DNA of 64,000 nucleotides from Candidatus Poribacteria bacterium (GTDB lineage Bacteria; Poribacteria; WGA-4E; WGA-3G): NCBI GenBank assembly GCA_965205025.1, contig CBDBFU010000030.1, positions 9,338 to 73,337 of the forward strand, read 5' to 3'. Shown piece by piece: positions 59,314 to 64,000 of this stretch (position 1 is its first letter; each line of letters starts with the position of its first letter). The notes under the pieces were generated by a model. It saw only the letters and a program-made list of their open reading frames with translations, ran no database searches and was not told where the DNA came from. The position numbers and the translations under genes were made by a program.

Positions 59314-60274
59314 ATGAAACATCAAAAACATATATATTCAATTGTTGTCTGTCTTATTTTCTGTATTGTTGGATTCTCAGAAATCGCTTGGTCAGATGGT
59401 CATATACAGATTAAAGAAAAAGAGAAACAGATTGTATTAAAAGGTCATATTTCTAAAGCCTTGGGAGAATACGATTCACACTTGAAAGGGGCAGTTGAAT
59501 TTCTGATGTGCGGTCCATCAGGAAAAGAATATGAAAGTATTCTCGTTGTTGATGCCACCGCAAAAGAAATACATGAGGCTATGACTAAGCTTGATGTTAA
59601 ACCTGGAAATCCTGTTGATCTTGATATAGACACAGACGAATTACTACCCGCTAAAGGTCCAACGGTAATCATATCTGTTGAATGGGAAGAAGATGAAAAA
59701 ACAAAAAAAATAAGGGCTGAAGATCTATTACACAATGTGAAAACCAATAAACCTATGAAACATGTTGCATGGATATATACCGGTTCACGTATGATGTTAG
59801 ATCTTGAAATAGAGGATGAAGATGTCTATATTCCACATGCCTTTAATACTAACGATATTGTCTCATTGAGTGTGAGTGATCCAAGTACTCTATTTGTAAA
59901 TCCTTTATCTGAATCATCAGATGAGAATTTATACAAAAAGAATGATAAGGTTTTACCAGCACTTGGTACACCCGTCAGGATCACAATTGAGGTTAATCAG
60001 GATATGCAATTGTATGTGCTAATTAGTGGGAAAGTACAAGGGGTAGGTTTTCGTCATTTTACAAGAATCAATGCAACTAAACTTGGCATTAAAGGATATG
60101 CTAAGAATCTATCTAAATGGTAAGGTGGAAGTAGTCGCTGAAGGTAAAAAAGCACAATTATATGCTTTGATTAAGCAGTTAAGAATTGGACCTACACCAT
60201 CAAAGGTTGATAATGTGAAAATTGAGGAACGTGACTATACTGGTCAGTTTGATTCATTCGGTATACGGTATTGA
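59314..60274 (+). CDS. Secreted YdjY-like domain fused to acylphosphatase; one +1 frameshift near 60115
   Basis: Signal peptide; GAVEFLMC...KEYESIL; [17 protein letters not shown] then [10 protein letters not shown] in the shifted frame. Confidence 0.75.
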
Positions 60275-60277
60275 GAT

Positions 60278-60943
60278 ATGGCAAATCATCCACATCCTCA
60301 GATTGTTGCCATTTTACTTGCTGCAGGATTGTCGACGAGGATGGGACAACCTAAACAATTATTACCTTTCGGTAACAGCACAATCATTGAGACAGTAATT
60401 GACAATATGCTGTCATCAAACTTTGATGATGTGAGAGTGGTTTTAGGTCATTGTGCTGAGGAAATTGAAGAACTGATTAGAGATAGAGGTGTATTAACTG
60501 TATACAATCCTGATTATAGAGCTGGAATGCTATCGTCAGCACAAATTGGTATTAAATCAATCAAATATCCTAATCTATCAACTACTACAAGAGAGAAATC
60601 TAATGATACGAATAGGGATGCTTTTTCAATTATGTTGGTTGACCAACCATTCATAACTACTGAAATTATAAACACAACTATCGACGGGTATAGACAGACA
60701 AATAAAGGGATTTCAATTCCAAGTTACAATTATCAGAGAGGGCATCCCGTTATTTTCCACTATAAATATGCAAAGGAGATTGTCGCTTTAGACGAGAGTA
60801 GTGACGGCATGAGATCCTTGTATAAATCACATGCAGACGAAATACATTATGTGAATGTAGATACGGATAATATTATAAAGGATATTGACTATCCTGATGA
60901 TTATACAAAAGCCATACAAGAGAGTGTAATAGAAAATAGTTAA
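60278..60943 (+). CDS. mocA: Molybdenum cofactor cytidylyltransferase (MocA-like NTP transferase)
   Basis: LLAAGLSTRMGQPKQLL, GMLSS, LVDQP, GHPVIF, DIDYPDDY. Confidence 0.85.
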   Translation: MANHPHPQIVAILLAAGLSTRMGQPKQLLPFGNSTIIETVIDNMLSSNFDDVRVVLGHCAEEIEELIRDRGVLTVYNPDYRAGMLSSAQIGIKSIKYPNLSTTTREKSNDTNRDAFSIMLVDQPFITTEIINTTIDGYRQTNKGISIPSYNYQRGHPVIFHYKYAKEIVALDESSDGMRSLYKSHADEIHYVNVDTDNIIKDIDYPDDYTKAIQESVIENS

Positions 60944-60961
60944 TGTCCAATACCTAAATTA

Positions 60962-61079
60962 ATGTGAGTTTGATAGTAGGTATATGGACTTCATTTTCCA
61001 AAAATATTGATTCTATAAACCTGGTAGGTGCGGTTTCTAACCGCACTGAATACAGAAATCTGTTTTATCAAACTCACGT
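60962..61079. mobile_element. MITE family A copy immediately before the coxD-like start codon
   Basis: ATGTGAGTTTGATA...TATCAAACTCACGT; TAAATTA on both flanks; internal GTAGGTGCGGTTTCTAACCGCAC. Confidence 0.85.
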
Positions 61080-61085
61080 TAAATT

Positions 61086-61958
61086 ATGTTTGAATCAATT
61101 GAAAACGTACAAAATTCATGTAAAAAACAGGATTATATAGCTGACAAAGGTTTAGCAACGACATTGTACCTTGCACATCATCTGAAAAAACCAATCTTTT
61201 TGGAAGGTGAACCCGGTGTTGGTAAAACTGAAGTAGCCAAAGTTTTGGCAGACGCAACTGAAGCGAAGTTAATTCGGTTACAGTGTTATGAGGGATTAGA
61301 TGCAAATAGTGCTCTATATGAGTGGAACTATACAAGACAGATATTACAATTACGCATTGATGAAGCACAAGGAAGAGATAAACAAGAGATAGGCACAGAT
61401 CTTTTTAGTGAGAAATTCCTCCTCAAACGTCCTTTGCTTGAAGCGATCCAAGGAGATGGAAACCAACCACCTGTACTGTTAATTGATGAGGTAGATAGAA
61501 GTGATAGTGAATTTGAGGCATTCCTTCTTGAAATCCTATCAGATTACCAAATAACAATACCTGAAATCGGAACTATCAATGCTAAACATGTTCCTTATGT
61601 CATACTAACTTCAAATCGAACTCGTGAAGTTCATGAAGCATTAAAACGGAGATGTCTCTATCAATGGATAGATTATCCATCCGAAGAGAAAGAGTTGGCA
61701 ATAGTTCAGACAAAACTACCTGAATTAAATGATAACTTAGCACATCAGTTATGTCGTATGATGCAGTTCTGGCGAGAAGGTGATTACTATAAGAAGCCGG
61801 GGATAGCAGAGACCTTAGATTGGGGTTTAGCAATTTTAGCTCTTGGTAAAGAACAACTCGATCCAGAATCAGTTATTGAAACACTTGGTTGTGTTTTTAA
61901 ATATCAAGATGATATACAACGTGCTTCAACTGAAGAACTTGATGAAATGATAAATTAA
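61086..61958 (+). CDS. coxD: MoxR-family AAA+ ATPase (CoxD-like)
   Basis: GEPGVGKT, RLQCYEGLD...ALYEWNY, LLIDEVD, ALKRRC, KKPGIAET.DW. Confidence 0.88.
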   Translation: MFESIENVQNSCKKQDYIADKGLATTLYLAHHLKKPIFLEGEPGVGKTEVAKVLADATEAKLIRLQCYEGLDANSALYEWNYTRQILQLRIDEAQGRDKQEIGTDLFSEKFLLKRPLLEAIQGDGNQPPVLLIDEVDRSDSEFEAFLLEILSDYQITIPEIGTINAKHVPYVILTSNRTREVHEALKRRCLYQWIDYPSEEKELAIVQTKLPELNDNLAHQLCRMMQFWREGDYYKKPGIAETLDWGLAILALGKEQLDPESVIETLGCVFKYQDDIQRASTEELDEMIN

Positions 61959-62017
61959 GGATGACAACTTTAAATAGTATTCAACTATACATTACACAAG
62001 ATTTATTTTGATATCAC

Positions 62018-62866
62018 ATGGAGAAAACCATGACCATTAATCCTGAATGGAAACCTGCGGAACCTGATTTAGCATCTATCTGTAATACATATAAAGACCC
62101 TATCTATACTTTATCGCAGGCAGAAATACCTGCTATAATTCTTAGGAATGCATACTCTCCTGAACAGTGTCAAGGACTTATTGATAGATTCACGTATATG
62201 GGGTTAATGCGGGATGAAAACGAGTTAAATTCCGCGGATAAACGTACCCGTATTGATATAGGTACAAGCCTTGGTAATCGTGGAAGTGAAAAACAACATT
62301 TTCTTGCACATGCTGAGACTACACATCATCTATTTAAGTTCCTTTTTGAAGGTTTTGATAATCCTGTGGATTTAATATATGATTCTTTATCTGCTGTTTC
62401 ACCTGGTAAGGACGTTAAAATCGCGAGAGAACCTGATGGTTCACTTTATGGACCTGCAATCTTTAGAGTACATTATGAAACACATTCCTATAAACCCCAC
62501 ATTGATAGTGTAAAATATCGTGAACAACGCACGGATTATGCAGTTTATCGTTTTCAACACCAATTTGCTGGTGTGTTATGTGTACAAAATGCTGATGAAA
62601 ATGGAAAGGGGACACAGGCTATATTACATAGATGTCTCTGGACTGAAGAAATTCAACCCTATATCGCAGAAGAAACTTTTGATCAGTATGCAAATGAGAA
62701 CAATATTGAGCATTGTCAAGTGGAATTAGAGCAAGGGGATCTCTACTTTTTCAATACGCAATGTATCCATGAAGTTCCACCTGTTCAAGGAAACCGTGCA
62801 AGAATTGTCTTAGCAGTATTTATCGGGTATTCTCCTGATGATAATGAGATATTTGTATGGTCTTAA
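62018..62866 (+). CDS. 2OG-Fe(II) dioxygenase-like protein
   Basis: HID...GDLYFFN..CIHEV...R (HxD...H...R facial triad pattern). Confidence 0.7.
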   Translation: MEKTMTINPEWKPAEPDLASICNTYKDPIYTLSQAEIPAIILRNAYSPEQCQGLIDRFTYMGLMRDENELNSADKRTRIDIGTSLGNRGSEKQHFLAHAETTHHLFKFLFEGFDNPVDLIYDSLSAVSPGKDVKIAREPDGSLYGPAIFRVHYETHSYKPHIDSVKYREQRTDYAVYRFQHQFAGVLCVQNADENGKGTQAILHRCLWTEEIQPYIAEETFDQYANENNIEHCQVELEQGDLYFFNTQCIHEVPPVQGNRARIVLAVFIGYSPDDNEIFVWS

Positions 62867-62967
62867 CTGAACCTTAATGTGTATGTTGATTTGCAACCTA
62901 TCTATGAAGATATTAATCCATAGTTTTCGACATTTTTAACTATAATATTAACATTCGTGAATAATCT

Positions 62968-63098
62968 TTGTGGGTCGGGTAGAGCAGAGCGAAACCCGAT
63001 ATCTTTGGTTCCTGTTGAATTTCGCAAACTCAACCCAACCTACAAGATAAACTCCAAGTAACACACATCAACGATAGATTCTTAAAACTAAATAACCG
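62968..63098. repeat. REP-doublet element, uninterrupted homologue of 55454-55832
   Basis: TGTGGGTCGGGT...TTTCGCAAACTCAACCCAACCTACAAGATAAACTCCAAGTAACACAC...CTAAATAACCGT. Confidence 0.8.
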
Positions 63099-63118
63099 TG
63101 CAAAGATAACTCTTCAAA

Positions 63119-63147
63119 TTGACAATACCAATACTATATGGTATACT
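63119..63147 (+). promoter_or_regulatory. Sigma70-type promoter
   Basis: TTGACA-17bp-TATACT with extended -10 TG. Confidence 0.65.
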
Positions 63148-63382
63148 CCTAAACAGTTAACTAATGAAGGTAGCAGTCTGGTTATAAATACCACCTAAGT
63201 ATGACATGTTCGTAATAGTCATATTCAGACACTTATTTTATCTGCATTCATATATCATCATTTAATGAGCACTCTCTGACTAATCAAATCTTTGTCAATT
63301 TTGACTTTCAATATGGTGATATAGATTTTTAGGAATTACCAATGTGTCTATCTTCGCATCATAAATCAGAATGGAGAATTTA

Positions 63383-64000
63383 ATGAAAAGATGGTTTATT
63401 CCAATATTAATTACGTTTTTTTTGATTCCTACCTTTAATATATCTATAACACACGCACAAGATTTAAGCCAATTTAGTCTACCAGATAATGCCAAAGTGC
63501 GTCTCGGTAAAGGCAGACTTATGGGTTTAAATTACTCAACTGATGGAACACGACTCGCAGTCGTGAGCACCGTTGGTATTTGGCTTTATGATACAAACAC
63601 TTATACGGAATTAGCACTCCTCACCGGTGATACAGAAATAGCTAACAGTGTTGCTTTTAGTGCAGATGGACAAACCATAGCAAGTGGGTATGCCGATGGC
63701 TTGATAAGATTATGGAGTACTTCAACAGGGGTTCTATTGGATACTTTGGATGAGCATACCGATACGGTTTTGAGTTTGTCATTTAGATCAGATGGAATAC
63801 TTGCCAGTGGAAGTAGTGACACTACAATTAAACTATGGAATACGACAATAGGGGGACAACCACAAACACTTACGGGACATATTGATGCAGTGACAAGTGT
63901 TGCTTTTAGTCCAAATGGTGATACACTTGCATCTGGTAGTTTCGATTCCACTGTACAGATATGGGATGTTGCTACAGGTGAACAACTCCACATATTAACA
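63383..64000 (+). CDS. Secreted WD40-repeat protein (runs off the window edge)
   Basis: Manual translation: MKRWFIPIL...LPDNAKVRLGKG...SVAFSADGQTIASG...GHIDAVTSVAFSPNGDTLASGSFDSTVQIWD. Confidence 0.92.
   Translation, partial: MKRWFIPILITFFLIPTFNISITHAQDLSQFSLPDNAKVRLGKGRLMGLNYSTDGTRLAVVSTVGIWLYDTNTYTELALLTGDTEIANSVAFSADGQTIASGYADGLIRLWSTSTGVLLDTLDEHTDTVLSLSFRSDGILASGSSDTTIKLWNTTIGGQPQTLTGHIDAVTSVAFSPNGDTLASGSFDSTVQIWDVATGEQLHILT

Noticed and set aside
63601-63993. 130-aa minus-strand ORF
   Set aside because: Antisense shadow of the plus-strand WD40 gene.

Overview
This is a 64 kb low-GC bacterial chromosomal window. Protein families such as the WD40 protein with 'LPDNAKVRLGKG', LamG/ConA proteins ending in 'VDP..(K/R)L...WG.LK', CRTAC1, FGE-sulfatase and Gfo/Idh/MocA/enolase genes suggest Candidatus Poribacteria (inference). 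Core content includes a Rieske/cytochrome b pair, sugar-acid enzymes, peptide ABC ATPases, an ECF sigma/anti-sigma pair, peptidases, and a xanthine-dehydrogenase-family molybdoenzyme cluster with MoaD, MocA and CoxD. Defence and toxin genes are scattered throughout: an MNT-HEPN fusion, an SBD-HNH nuclease, a Type IIG/ISP-like R-M enzyme and decayed TA remnants. The strongest candidate for a new system is a two-gene cassette at 20.3-21.6 kb. It encodes a signal-peptide-less cholera-toxin/pierisin-like ADP-ribosyltransferase and an unknown partner, and sits directly behind a MITE. Intergenic DNA holds several MITE families carrying GTAG-REP hairpins, including a three-level nested insertion with its empty site visible in the same window, plus a pair of ~190 bp structured inverted repeats. 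No rRNA, tRNA or CRISPR array was seen.
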